In this document: positions 35,724 to 45,444 of the stretch, piece by piece
Numbering within the stretch: the first letter of the stretch is position 1
How the letters are laid out: the number at the start of each line of letters is the position of its first letter
DNA from: a virus
Virus record (IMG/VR): IMGVR_UViG_3300021960_006627
Span: 15,804-79,803 of that record
DNA: 64,000 nt
Direction: 5' to 3' (one strand)
The notes under the pieces: model-generated
Told to the model about the DNA's origin: nothing
The model's input: only the letters and a program-made list of their open reading frames with translations
Databases searched by the model: none
Translations under genes and position numbers: made by a program

Positions 35724-38058
35724 TTTCCTGCTGTTCCTTGCTTGCTTTTTCCTCTAGGGCTTTTGCTTTAAGTGCTTTCTTTTCAGCCTTTGTAAGAGGT
35801 TTAGGCATCTCTTGGATGTCAAAAACAGGTTCATTATCCGAAATGCTAATAGTAACCTTTCCGCCATTAACTAAATCGCCAAACAATACTTTTTTACTTA
35901 AAGGTGTTTTAATCTTGTTATCGATTATTCTTGACAATGGTCTAGCACCCATCTTAGGACTATACCCTTCTTTAGATAACCAATCAATAGCATCCTGTTC
36001 TGCATTAATTAAAATATTTTTATCTTTTAATTGTGCATTTAAGTCGCTTATAAATTTCTTTACAATGCTTGACATAACACTTGATGATAATTTATTGAAC
36101 TTAATAGTACCATCTAATCTGTTTCTAAATTCAGGAGTAAAGAATTTTTTAACTGCCTTCTCGTCCTCATCATCTTTTTCGAGGTCATCAAAGCCAATTG
36201 TATTTGTTTCATTATCGGCAGCACCGAGATTTGATGTCATAATAAGAATTGTGTTTCTACCGTCAGCCTGCTTGCCGTTGCTTCCCGTAACAAATCCATT
36301 ATCCATAAATTGTAAAAGTATGTTAGATACATCTTGGTGTGCTTTTTCTATTTCATCTAATAATAGTATAGCGTTTGGACTTTCTTGCAATTTAGTAATC
36401 AACTGTCCTGCATTTTCTTCATAACCAACGTATCCCGGAGGAGCACCAATTAATCTTGCCACCGAGTGTTTCTCTTGATATTCACTCATGTCAAAACGTA
36501 AAAGTGTCATGCCCATTTTTTCAGCAAGTTGTTTCGCTGTTTCGGTCTTACCACAGCCTGTTGGTCCAAGGAATAAGAAACTACCGATTGGTTTATTAGG
36601 TGATTTTAATCCTGCTTGGGCAACAAATATTTTATCCAAGAGTGTTTCAACGGCACTATCCTGGCCATATACCACTGACTTCATTGAGCCTTCAAGGCCT
36701 GAAAGATTTTTACTTTCCTTCTGGGCAACAGTTTCTAAAGGCATATTAATCATCTTAGAAAGTTCGTATGTAATTTGTTCAACATCGACTATCTGTTGTA
36801 CTCCTTCTTCAACTGGATCATCATTTAATTTGTATCTTGCTGATGCACAGTCTATGATATCAATAGCCTTGTCAGGTAGTTTTTTATCAGCCATGTATTT
36901 TACTGATAACTTAACTGCCTGATCGATCGCTTCATCGGTAATGGCAACATTGTGATGATTCTCGTAATACTTTTTTAGGCCCTTGATAATTTTTACAGTA
37001 AGTTCTGCTGTAGGCTCGTCAATGGTCAATCTATGAAAACGTCTCATTAAAGCACGATCCTTTTCAAAGTACTTGCGATATTCCTCCCAGGTAGTTGAAG
37101 CAATCACTTTAAGATTTCCTTTAGCAAGAGCAGGTTTAAGCATGTTTGCTAGATCGTTTGAATTTTGACTCGCAGTTCCTGCACCACTCATCATGTGTGC
37201 TTCATCAATGAAAAGAATAATTTTTCCTTTTCTATCCAGCGCCATAAGAACCGCTTTAATTCTTTCTTCAAAATCGCCACGGTATTTTGAACCAGCAACA
37301 AGTGCTCCGATATCCAAACTAAAAACGGAATGATCCTGAATAAACTTAGGAACTTTCTTTTCAAAAATCTTTCTTGCTAGTCCTTCTGCTATAGCGGTTT
37401 TACCCACCCCAGGATCACCAACTAATAAAACATTGGATTTATTTCTTCTAGCGAGTACTAGTTCTATGTTTTCTATTTCATCGTCACGTCCAATTACAGG
37501 ATCAATAACTTTTTGTTTTGCTTTTAAGGATAGATTATCACAGAAAGTGTTAATAATTTTATCCATTTGATCGTTTGACAATGCTGCTTCTCTTCCTTCT
37601 TCTGCAAATGGATCTTCATCACCTATGAAATGATCTTGGAAATGCTGTACAAATTTTTCTTTTGTTATACCACCTTTGGTAAGGAAGTAAAATGCAAATG
37701 AATTCTTTTCAGATAATATGCTTATAATAACATCAGCAGTTTCCATTTGATTACGACCGCTGAATAACACTTGTGTGAAGCATCTATTTAAAACACGTTC
37801 GACGGTGTTTGTTTTTTTAGGAACAAAAATTTCTTCTGTTGTTATAATATCTTTTAGATTGTTCTTTAGATAGTGTTCAATATTTGATCTAATATATTCA
37901 ACATCAGCACCATATGCCTTTAAGCCTTCGTACGAATCTTTATCAGAAAAGATTGCAAAAGTAAGATGTTCAATTGTAATAAGTTTGTGCTTGAACTTTT
38001 TTGCTATTTCAATTGAGTCGTCAAAAATCTTTTGTAGTTGTTGGCTAGGCTCTATCAT
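35701..38058 (-). CDS. clpA: ClpA ATP-dependent chaperone / protease ATPase subunit
   Basis: N-domain, GDPGVGKT, FIDEAH, GPTGCGKT, RLIGAPPGYVG, TIGF ClpP-docking loop, GARPL; no ClpB M-domain. Confidence 0.92.
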   Translation of the reverse strand: MIEPSQQLQKIFDDSIEIAKKFKHKLITIEHLTFAIFSDKDSYEGLKAYGADVEYIRSNIEHYLKNNLKDIITTEEIFVPKKTNTVERVLNRCFTQVLFSGRNQMETADVIISILSEKNSFAFYFLTKGGITKEKFVQHFQDHFIGDEDPFAEEGREAALSNDQMDKIINTFCDNLSLKAKQKVIDPVIGRDDEIENIELVLARRNKSNVLLVGDPGVGKTAIAEGLARKIFEKKVPKFIQDHSVFSLDIGALVAGSKYRGDFEERIKAVLMALDRKGKIILFIDEAHMMSGAGTASQNSNDLANMLKPALAKGNLKVIASTTWEEYRKYFEKDRALMRRFHRLTIDEPTAELTVKIIKGLKKYYENHHNVAITDEAIDQAVKLSVKYMADKKLPDKAIDIIDCASARYKLNDDPVEEGVQQIVDVEQITYELSKMINMPLETVAQKESKNLSGLEGSMKSVVYGQDSAVETLLDKIFVAQAGLKSPNKPIGSFLFLGPTGCGKTETAKQLAEKMGMTLLRFDMSEYQEKHSVARLIGAPPGYVGYEENAGQLITKLQESPNAILLLDEIEKAHQDVSNILLQFMDNGFVTGSNGKQADGRNTILIMTSNLGAADNETNTIGFDDLEKDDEDEKAVKKFFTPEFRNRLDGTIKFNKLSSSVMSSIVKKFISDLNAQLKDKNILINAEQDAIDWLSKEGYSPKMGARPLSRIIDNKIKTPLSKKVLFGDLVNGGKVTISISDNEPVFDIQEMPKPLTKAEKKALKAKALEEKASKEQQENEQTSDT

Positions 38059-38584
38059 TTTTTATTTTTTTCCTTAACTTATTTAATTTCTTCATTGCTA
38101 ATTGTAACTTCAGTTTCCCCACTCTGTCAAGAAAAGTTACGCCATTTAGGTGATCAAACTCATGCTGAAAACATTTGGCTAGATATCCTTCAATTCTACC
38201 TTCTTTGGTTTCGCCCTTGGCATTTTGCCATTGGCCTACTATCCATGTGGGTCTAGTAACCTTTAATAATAATCCTGGAAAACTTAAACACCCTTCGGTG
38301 TCTAATATTGTTTCTTTGCTGGCTTCTAACACTGTTGGGTTAAAAAGAGCAAATGGTTTTGGAAAGTTAGGCAAATCTTCACTACCCATTACAAAGACAC
38401 GTTTCTTGAGATCAATTTGATTAGCCGCTAACCCTATTCCTTTATGCTGGATCATAAAATTACACATGTCCCATTCTAATTTTTCAGGATCATATTTTTC
38501 CTTATCGAACTCCCAAACATCGCTGGCTTGGTTTAGTGCTTCGTGCAATCCTAATTTATAATCTATGTCTAGTTTATATTCCAT
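38045..38584 (-). CDS. def: peptide deformylase
   Basis: GIGLAANQ, EGCLS, QHEFDHL. Confidence 0.95.
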   Translation of the reverse strand: MEYKLDIDYKLGLHEALNQASDVWEFDKEKYDPEKLEWDMCNFMIQHKGIGLAANQIDLKKRVFVMGSEDLPNFPKPFALFNPTVLEASKETILDTEGCLSFPGLLLKVTRPTWIVGQWQNAKGETKEGRIEGYLAKCFQHEFDHLNGVTFLDRVGKLKLQLAMKKLNKLRKKIKNDRA

Positions 38585-39422
38585 TTTTTAATTTTGCAAT
38601 TATTTCTAATTGATCCTTGGTTAATTTTTTTGGTACCTGTGCCTTAATCCTAATAAGCAGATCACCATTTCTTTTTGTTCTAATGTTTGGTAATCCTTCG
38701 CTTTTACAACTTAGGACAGTATCCGGTTGTGTTCCAGCAGGAATGTTAATTTCTAAATTCTTGCCAGTGAGTGTTTTGATATTTGTTTTGCAACCTAACA
38801 TAAGATCGAAAACATTTATTTTAGACTCACATAGTATATTATCCCCGTGTCTTTCAAACACCGGGTGATTCCGAACACGGATAGTAACAATCAAATCACC
38901 GGGCCTAAATCCAGGATGTAGATCCTCACCCATTCCTTGATATCTTATTTGTTGTCCCGACTCAATACCTTTTGGTATGTTTATCGTTATCAATTTAGTT
39001 TGACCATTCGACATCTGTAATTCCACGGCAACGTCCTTGCCCGTCATTACATCTTCCAAAAATACATCAAATGCTATATTGGTTGAATGATTTTGTCTAG
39101 GAGCTCTGTTTCTATTTCCAAACCCCATTCCCCTGAATAGGTCTTCCATATCATCAAATGCACTCCCTGCACCACCCCATCTAAAGTCAAATCCTTGGAA
39201 GCCATTTCGGAATTGATCGCCTTTTGGACCTTTATAATCGTAATTTGATTTTGTTTCGGGATTACTAAGACAATCGTATGCTTCCCTAATGTGCATGAAT
39301 TTTACTTCATCACCGCCTCTGTCAGGGTGATGTTGCATGGCTAATTTTCTGTAGGCGGCCTTTATTTCAGCAGGTGATGCGTCTCTTTTTACACCTAAAG
39401 TTTCGTAATAATCTCGAGCCAT
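38574..39422 (-). CDS. dnaJ: type II DnaJ (CbpA-like) co-chaperone
   Basis: DYYETLGV..HHPDRGG J-domain, G/F region, C-terminal domains, no zinc finger. Confidence 0.9.
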   Translation of the reverse strand: MARDYYETLGVKRDASPAEIKAAYRKLAMQHHPDRGGDEVKFMHIREAYDCLSNPETKSNYDYKGPKGDQFRNGFQGFDFRWGGAGSAFDDMEDLFRGMGFGNRNRAPRQNHSTNIAFDVFLEDVMTGKDVAVELQMSNGQTKLITINIPKGIESGQQIRYQGMGEDLHPGFRPGDLIVTIRVRNHPVFERHGDNILCESKINVFDLMLGCKTNIKTLTGKNLEINIPAGTQPDTVLSCKSEGLPNIRTKRNGDLLIRIKAQVPKKLTKDQLEIIAKLKNGI

Positions 39423-39461
39423 AATAAAAAGGATCCTCCTTAAGCAATCCTTTATTATTTA
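39421..39461 (-). promoter_or_regulatory. late promoter overlapping an RBS-enclosing hairpin
   Basis: TAAATA at 39456-39461; ATAATAAAGGAT / ATCCTTTTTATTAT around AAGGAGG. Confidence 0.55.
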
Positions 39462-39489
39462 ACTGAAATGTTAAGGGGACAAAAATTTT

Positions 39490-39819
39490 TTATTTGTCAA
39501 TTTTCTTGCTGGATCCAGTATATAAACCAAACCAAGCAGCACCAGCACCAACAACAATACTAATCAAACCTGATTGTTCCATAGTTGGATTTGGAAGTTC
39601 CATATACCAAATTACACATTTGTATAACAAAATAATGTATGTTGTAATGAATACTCTTGGAAAAATTCTCCAACTATCCACTGCTCTTGCTAAATGGATT
39701 AACTTTGCGTAAGGATTAGGACCGAGGTCCTTAACTGAAGTATCAACTTCAAGTTGAACATTTACCTTTTTAGAAACAGCATCCTTATCTGCTGGAACTA
39801 CAATTTTATCTTCTGCCAT
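39490..39819 (-). CDS. putative holin
   Basis: two TM segments, basic C-terminus, position in the lysis cassette. Confidence 0.55.
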   Translation of the reverse strand: MAEDKIVVPADKDAVSKKVNVQLEVDTSVKDLGPNPYAKLIHLARAVDSWRIFPRVFITTYIILLYKCVIWYMELPNPTMEQSGLISIVVGAGAAWFGLYTGSSKKIDK

Positions 39820-39844
39820 TTTACACGCTCCTTAATATACATAT

Positions 39845-40231
39845 TTATTCTGATTTGGCTGGGTTTTCTTCTGGCTTAACAGCGTTTTCATAATAAACGA
39901 TAATTTGTTTTTGCTGTTCAATGTAACGTCTTAGTTCAGCAAAGTTTAAAGATAAGTTTTCGTAGTCTTTTACGCTAATGGCAATGTATGCATCCGCTCC
40001 ATTCTTGGCTTCAAATTCCTTAACGAATTCTTCATAGTTCTCTTTTGAGACCACATAGATCTTAACATCGTTCAATTGAACGGCTTTAGGTTGTGCAACG
40101 ATAGGAACTGTAGTTTTTACAGTATTAGTTACTATTTTTATCTGCGGTTCCGGTCTGAGCAGGCTGCACCCCGATGTTAGCATTAGGGTCAGTGATAGAC
40201 TCAAGATCATCCCATAGTTTATCAGTCGCAT
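39845..40231 (-). CDS. o-spanin (lipoprotein)
   Basis: lipobox LTSGC; overlaps the i-spanin 3' end. Confidence 0.7.
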   Translation of the reverse strand: MRLINYGMILSLSLTLMLTSGCSLLRPEPQIKIVTNTVKTTVPIVAQPKAVQLNDVKIYVVSKENYEEFVKEFEAKNGADAYIAISVKDYENLSLNFAELRRYIEQQKQIIVYYENAVKPEENPAKSE

Positions 40232-40556
40232 TTTGCATCCTCTTTTCAATTAAACCTGGCTTCTTGTTAGCCAAGTGTGTTAAGTTATGTTTCTGTAGAG
40301 TAGCACGAAGTTCATCTCCATACTTCTCCGCCTTTTGTAAATCGCTTGATAACTGAAGATTGAGTTCTCCCAATCTAACAGTTTCGGCTCTTTCAAGTTT
40401 CAATGAGTTCTCGCTAGTTTCCAGCGCCACTTCCATCTTTGCTACATTGGCTCTTGCTGTTTCCAAATCACTCTGTAATTTTTTAACATAGAAAAACCCT
40501 CCAGCGGCTGCTGTGATTACCACTAGTATGATAGCGATTCTAATTGAACTAAACAT
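40125..40556 (-). CDS. i-spanin
   Basis: N-terminal TM plus coiled coil. Confidence 0.7.
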   Translation of the reverse strand: MFSSIRIAIILVVITAAAGGFFYVKKLQSDLETARANVAKMEVALETSENSLKLERAETVRLGELNLQLSSDLQKAEKYGDELRATLQKHNLTHLANKKPGLIEKRMQNATDKLWDDLESITDPNANIGVQPAQTGTADKNSN

Positions 40557-40704
40557 GGTTCCTCCAAAATTCATCTAAGGTCATAGTATCATGCCTTGCG
40601 TTTTCACACACTACTATTTCAATAGGTTGGTTGTCGCCATCTGTGAAAGTTTCTACCAACTTACCTTCGTGTTCTCTTCCGCAATTTAGACAGGCTTTAC
40701 TCAT
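40549..40704 (-). CDS. small Cys/His protein (not in ORF track)
   Basis: MSKACLNCGREH...VVCEN...; 51 aa; ATGA-coupled to the endolysin stop. Confidence 0.55.
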   Translation of the reverse strand: MSKACLNCGREHEGKLVETFTDGDNQPIEIVVCENARHDTMTLDEFWRNHV

Positions 40705-41213
40705 ACCATTGATAGTGCAAGTTCGGTAGTTTCATCAACTCTGCGAGTCCAACCTCTGCCAAATGTTTCAAAAGTTGAAAGTGATTCGTAGTATGACTGT
40801 CGTGCTGCTTGGAAGTTCTTAATGGCATTCTCAATACCGTGTTCATCGATGTATTCACCTAACTTTCTAAGTGTGTTAGGACCAATGCCACCGTCAGCAA
40901 CAGTGCCAATCATTGTCTGCAAATATTTTGCTGAACGTCCTGTTCCTGCATTGACACCAAAGTCAAATACACATAAGTCAAGACCTGCTGGAATGTCATC
41001 GCACTTCATACGTCCCCAGTAGTTCTTTTCGTAGATCGGCGCAACGTCTTCGACAGTTAAATCTTTCATGTCCTTGGTACCACCGAAATCTTCGTAAACT
41101 CTTTTTGTAACACCTAGGTTAGTTTCACCACCTGGATCCTTTGGATGATTTACATATCCACCTTCGTGATGTAAAATTGTTTCTAAACATTTTTGATAGT
41201 TTTCTTTTGCCAT
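40701..41213 (-). CDS. endolysin, glycoside hydrolase family 108 with peptidoglycan-binding domain
   Basis: HEGGYVNHPKDPGGETNLGVT; DGGIGPNT; FGRGWTRR. Confidence 0.92.
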   Translation of the reverse strand: MAKENYQKCLETILHHEGGYVNHPKDPGGETNLGVTKRVYEDFGGTKDMKDLTVEDVAPIYEKNYWGRMKCDDIPAGLDLCVFDFGVNAGTGRSAKYLQTMIGTVADGGIGPNTLRKLGEYIDEHGIENAIKNFQAARQSYYESLSTFETFGRGWTRRVDETTELALSMV

Positions 41214-41216
41214 TGT

Positions 41217-41957
41217 TTATATCCTTTTTAAAACCATTGACTTTGTATCGTTGGTGAATAAGAAATTATCACCAAATTTAGTAATGTTATAGTCTCCCAT
41301 AACTTTAGTTAGCCAGAAAATTTCCGCAGTAGAATTATCATCTACCTGCATATCTTCTAAGCCTTCAATAAGTTTGCTATCACCTTCTTGGACAATTTCA
41401 AACTCAACCGAAACATCAAAAGGTTTTAGAATTTTTATTTTGTTATTTTCTAAAACTAAATCGTCCATTAACGTTTTGCTAAAGAAACTTTTTACTTCAT
41501 CCGTTCTGAACTTTTGCATTTTTTGTTCGTAAATTTTATTAGAACTAGGAACAATCTCTTTAAGATTTTCCTTTGTTGCTTCTCTTTTCTTCTTGTCTTT
41601 GTAATAGGTAAATTTCCAATCATCTATGTTTGCAATTTTGCTAATTCCAAAAAGCATTTCGGTTATATGATCTGCTATTTTAGAACTTCTTTCAACTTCT
41701 ACAAAAATAGAATATTCACCTTCCTCATTTTCGCCTGCGCTTACATCAGCGTCAAGAACAAAAGGATATCCTTTTTCTATAAACTCCATCATGTCCTTTG
41801 CTGGGTATCTGTCTTTTGCCTGGAATGTAAGTACGCAAACATCCTTATCCTCGCCCATCTTTGAACGGAATGTATCTATTTCAAATATAGGATATATGGT
41901 ATCTTCTAAATCACCACGTCGCAAACCTTCATTTATGATCTTATTCTGGTTGCTCAT
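41217..41957 (-). CDS. hypothetical protein
   Basis: 246-aa ORF. Confidence 0.75.
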   Translation of the reverse strand: MSNQNKIINEGLRRGDLEDTIYPIFEIDTFRSKMGEDKDVCVLTFQAKDRYPAKDMMEFIEKGYPFVLDADVSAGENEEGEYSIFVEVERSSKIADHITEMLFGISKIANIDDWKFTYYKDKKKREATKENLKEIVPSSNKIYEQKMQKFRTDEVKSFFSKTLMDDLVLENNKIKILKPFDVSVEFEIVQEGDSKLIEGLEDMQVDDNSTAEIFWLTKVMGDYNITKFGDNFLFTNDTKSMVLKRI

Positions 41958-42465
41958 TTTCTGTTCCTTGTGCTGCCTGTTCAGCAGGTTCTAGTTGTGC
42001 ATTTACACCTACCTGTGAAAGAATATCTTGAACTTTGTTTTTATCAAGATTAGTATAACCTCTATCGATATTCTTCATTAATCTCTTAGGCATCTTAATT
42101 CTAACCATCCATATGTTATCGTAGTCTAACTTACCTTTTCTTGTTCCTGGTCTGATATCGTCTGGTGTTTTAATTTTTCTAACGCTGGACATAACACTTT
42201 CAGCATATCCTACCTTGCATCCGTACTCTAACAGTCTCTTACCTCCCGCAGGCTCCGGCATCTTATCTTTTGGCCACATAAATGTGCATTCGATAAAATA
42301 TCTATCTTCCTTGGGTCCTTCGACTAATTCACCGTCTAACCAGTTGTCGAATACGTATATGTCTAATTCGTCAAATACACGCTCAAAGTCCTTAAGAAGG
42401 TTTAAACTGTTGTTTGAACCATAAATCTGTTCTATGTTTGCTATAATGTCTTTTATTTCGGCCAT
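41941..42465 (-). CDS. hypothetical protein
   Basis: 174-aa ORF with AGGAG SD and TAAATA at 42481-42486. Confidence 0.75.
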   Translation of the reverse strand: MAEIKDIIANIEQIYGSNNSLNLLKDFERVFDELDIYVFDNWLDGELVEGPKEDRYFIECTFMWPKDKMPEPAGGKRLLEYGCKVGYAESVMSSVRKIKTPDDIRPGTRKGKLDYDNIWMVRIKMPKRLMKNIDRGYTNLDKNKVQDILSQVGVNAQLEPAEQAAQGTENEQPE

Positions 42466-42624
42466 ATTAGTCTCCTAATGTATTTATCGTTTTTAATATG
42501 TTATGCTATAATTTTCCTTTTTATCTATTAAATACTTGTATGTTCGATTACGGACTTTTGACAATTTACACACCTTTAAACTCCGTTGTCGAGCACATCT
42601 TACAAACGGAGGACATTCCTTAAT

Positions 42625-43344
42625 ATGAAGAGAAAACACAAGGCTCACGCGGCCCATAACGCAGCGTATAACAACATTGTGAATATCAATTCGCGTAAAT
42701 CAAAAAGAATAGACATCATCCCAAAAAACTTCAATCAAGAAATTTACCTTAAAAAGTTAAACCAAGAGCATAATCATATATTATTTGCCATTGGTCCTGC
42801 TGGAACGGGTAAAACAATGATTGCAGTTCAATGGGCAATTAATGAGTTTAAGGACAATTTATGCGATAAGATCGTAATCACGAGACCTGCGGTATCGGTG
42901 GATGAACAACATGGATTTTTGCCAGGGGATCTAAATGAAAAGATGGCTCCATGGACTCGTCCAATATTTGACGTTTTTTCGGACAATTTCTGCCAAGCAG
43001 AGATTGAAAGACAAGTAAGGGAGGGGATAGTTGAAGTAGCACCTTTAGCATACATGCGAGGAAGAACATTTAAAAACTCTGTTATCATAGCAGATGAAAT
43101 GCAAAACGCAACACCTAGTCAGATGAAAATGCTTTTAACTAGGTTAGGAGAAGGATCGAAGATGGTGGTAACCGGAGACTTGCAACAGGCAGATCGACCT
43201 AGCAACAACGGATTACTTCAGTTCCTCGAGTTGTATAACAACTTTAGTAACCATCAGTATGTTGATATCTGTCGTTTCTCAAGACAGGATATCGAGAGAC
43301 ACGAAGCGGTTAAGGAAATTTTAGAAATTTACGGAGACGAGTAA
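42625..43344 (+). CDS. phoH: PhoH-like ATPase
   Basis: GPAGTGKT, TRPAV, GFLPG, LAYMRGRTF, DEMQN, LTRLG, GDLQQ. Confidence 0.95.
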   Translation: MKRKHKAHAAHNAAYNNIVNINSRKSKRIDIIPKNFNQEIYLKKLNQEHNHILFAIGPAGTGKTMIAVQWAINEFKDNLCDKIVITRPAVSVDEQHGFLPGDLNEKMAPWTRPIFDVFSDNFCQAEIERQVREGIVEVAPLAYMRGRTFKNSVIIADEMQNATPSQMKMLLTRLGEGSKMVVTGDLQQADRPSNNGLLQFLELYNNFSNHQYVDICRFSRQDIERHEAVKEILEIYGDE

Positions 43345-43348
43345 TAGA

Positions 43349-43377
43349 ATGGTGGGGGCTCACGCTCCCACTATTTT
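43349..43377. terminator. terminator hairpin between convergent phoH and ferredoxin genes
   Basis: ATGGTGGGGGC-TCAC-GCTCCCACTAT-TTT. Confidence 0.65.
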
Positions 43378-43694
43378 GCTTTAAACAATTTAATTTTATC
43401 TGAGTGTTTGCCATCTGAATACTCTAGCCAATCTTCCATTGGTTCTTTTTCTTCAGTAATATTTGGCCAAAGATTAGAAAAATATTCATTGTGCTTGTAC
43501 CATTTATCATCAACATCATCGGTTTGATAAATTGCTTTTTCAGGACACTCAGGAATACATACTCCGCAATCAATACATTCGTCTGGATTAATTACTAGCA
43601 TGTTGGGACCTTCATAAAAACAATCAACTGGACAAACACTTACGCAAGTAGTGTGTTTGCAATTAATACATTTGTCATCTACTAAATGTGCCAT
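43371..43694 (-). CDS. fdxA: FdxA-type dicluster ferredoxin
   Basis: [30 protein letters not shown]. Confidence 0.9.
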   Translation of the reverse strand: MAHLVDDKCINCKHTTCVSVCPVDCFYEGPNMLVINPDECIDCGVCIPECPEKAIYQTDDVDDKWYKHNEYFSNLWPNITEEKEPMEDWLEYSDGKHSDKIKLFKAK

Positions 43695-43703
43695 ATTATA
43701 CTC

Positions 43704-44105
43704 CTAAGCGTTTGCTATTCTTATTATTCTACTAATTAGTTGTCCCAAGCCATTCTGCCTCTGCAGAGTAAGCAGTTCCTTGATTCCCAGTTGTTCAAAG
43801 TCATCAACAGTAAGGTGTGCTACCTCGCTTTTGTGACAACCATTTACTATGTCCGTCACTACCTTGGCAGTTCCCTTTGTTATGAAAGCATCACCATCTG
43901 CACGATAACGCATCAAGTTATCATTGTCCGCACCGCCTATGATCCATAACTTTGAGGCACAGCCGTGTATTCTGTTTTGTTCTGTCTTGGCTTCTTCTGG
44001 TAGGGGTTCCACTTCGCGTGCCTTATCCACCAAATATTGTAGCCTGTCATGCCCTTCAAGCAACTTAAGATCCTCACCAGCCTCTCTAATTCTGTCCAAG
44101 ATCAT
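43704..44105 (-). CDS. sufE: SufE-family sulfur acceptor
   Basis: NRIHGCASKLW, DGDAFITKG, LTLQRQNG. Confidence 0.88.
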   Translation of the reverse strand: MILDRIREAGEDLKLLEGHDRLQYLVDKAREVEPLPEEAKTEQNRIHGCASKLWIIGGADNDNLMRYRADGDAFITKGTAKVVTDIVNGCHKSEVAHLTVDDFEQLGIKELLTLQRQNGLGQLISRIIRIANA

Positions 44106-44350
44106 ACTCCTACCCAATTCCATACTCCTCTTACAGCAAGAAGCAAGTACATTAATTCCATTAACGCCCTCGGAACGTCTTTATCTTTTATTCCCATCCA
44201 TATCCATATGCTACAGGATGCCAACGCAACTGCCCATCCAAGCCACTGCACATTGGGATTACCTCCACTCAGTGTGAATGCACTGACCATTGCCAGTATG
44301 AATCCCAACCATCTCCAACCATCTATCTTATTATAATATCTTATTTTCAA
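44102..44350 (-). CDS. small 3-TM membrane protein
   Basis: three hydrophobic Trp-rich segments. Confidence 0.65.
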   Translation of the reverse strand: MKIRYYNKIDGWRWLGFILAMVSAFTLSGGNPNVQWLGWAVALASCSIWIWMGIKDKDVPRALMELMYLLLAVRGVWNWVGV

Positions 44351-45265
44351 CTATAACCTTGCCAGTTTAATTAACACTGCGGCAAGATTTATTTCAGGAT
44401 CAGCAACCAATGTGTGATCCACGAGTCCCTGTTTAATAATCAAGACAGCCGTGTCCTGTTTTTCTTCTTCACCAAAAATTTCTAAATTGTCATACAGCCA
44501 ACGATACACTTCTTCCATTTCTTCTGCTTTTAGTTTTCCGCAAAGCAATTGTCTTGCTTCTGTAATCTTGCCTGCCTTAAACAATTCAACCATGTCAAAT
44601 TTCCAATCAGCAGCACCCTCATCGCCCTTGCTTGGAGCATGTAGTTTGCCATCACTGACATTCTGTTGCACCATGTTGATGCATTTTCTCAAATCCGGAT
44701 ATGTTGCTTTTACGTACAGATCAAGTGTTTCAAGATCAACATCTACTTTTTCTTCTACGAGGATTGTTGCTACTCTTGCCGTAAATTCTGTCTGGTCAAT
44801 TCGTTCAATGTGATAGCCCTGGCATCTTGAATGCAGTGCAGGAATAATTCTGTTAGGGTAGTTACAGGTTAAAATAAAACGTGCCGTGTTATGATACTCT
44901 TCCATAACACCACGCAGTGCTGCCTGTGCGTTTGGACTCAAGTAATCAGCCTCATCAAGTAGCACAACCTTGAATGGACCAAATGGAATCATCTGCACAA
45001 AGTTTGTGATCTTGTCACGAACAGCATCCACACTGTTTGTTCGACTTGCATTAATCTCTAGCACATCATAGTCGGGTATCTCAAGTTCGTTAATAAGAAT
45101 CTTAGCCATTGTGGTCTTACCAATTCCTGCTGCACCACTAAACAATAAATGTGGAATTGATTTTTCTTTGATCCAACTTTGCGCTTGTTTTCGTTGATTG
45201 TCATCTCTGAAAACATAGCCATCTAGTGACTTGGGACGATATTTTTCAACCCATAATTCTTTCAT
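44351..45265 (-). CDS. clamp loader AAA+ subunit (RFC-small/gp44-like)
   Basis: LWVEKYRP, GAAGIGKTT, INAS, LDEAD, SRC. Confidence 0.93.
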   Translation of the reverse strand: MKELWVEKYRPKSLDGYVFRDDNQRKQAQSWIKEKSIPHLLFSGAAGIGKTTMAKILINELEIPDYDVLEINASRTNSVDAVRDKITNFVQMIPFGPFKVVLLDEADYLSPNAQAALRGVMEEYHNTARFILTCNYPNRIIPALHSRCQGYHIERIDQTEFTARVATILVEEKVDVDLETLDLYVKATYPDLRKCINMVQQNVSDGKLHAPSKGDEGAADWKFDMVELFKAGKITEARQLLCGKLKAEEMEEVYRWLYDNLEIFGEEEKQDTAVLIIKQGLVDHTLVADPEINLAAVLIKLARL

Positions 45266-45441
45266 TACATTCTCACTCTATTTGATGTTTCTGATGCAAA
45301 GGCCATTAGTATCATAGACACATATAATATAGGCCATGCCCAGCCTGTTAGGTGTCCTAGGATGTGTAATACCATAAGTGAAATGCCTGCTGCACCCATA
45401 GTTGTTATTCCTGTTTTTTGTAATCCATCTGGTAGTTTCAT
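45265..45441 (-). CDS. small 2-TM protein (not in ORF track)
   Basis: MKLPDGLQKTG...GWAWPILYV, 58 aa, fills the gap. Confidence 0.6.
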   Translation of the reverse strand: MKLPDGLQKTGITTMGAAGISLMVLHILGHLTGWAWPILYVSMILMAFASETSNRVRM

Positions 45442-45444
45442 GTT

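Noticed and set aside
35705-36922. Long plus-strand ORFs (239 and 144 aa) opposite clpA
   Set aside because: Antisense shadows of a well-conserved gene; S/L/F-rich with no motifs or SD
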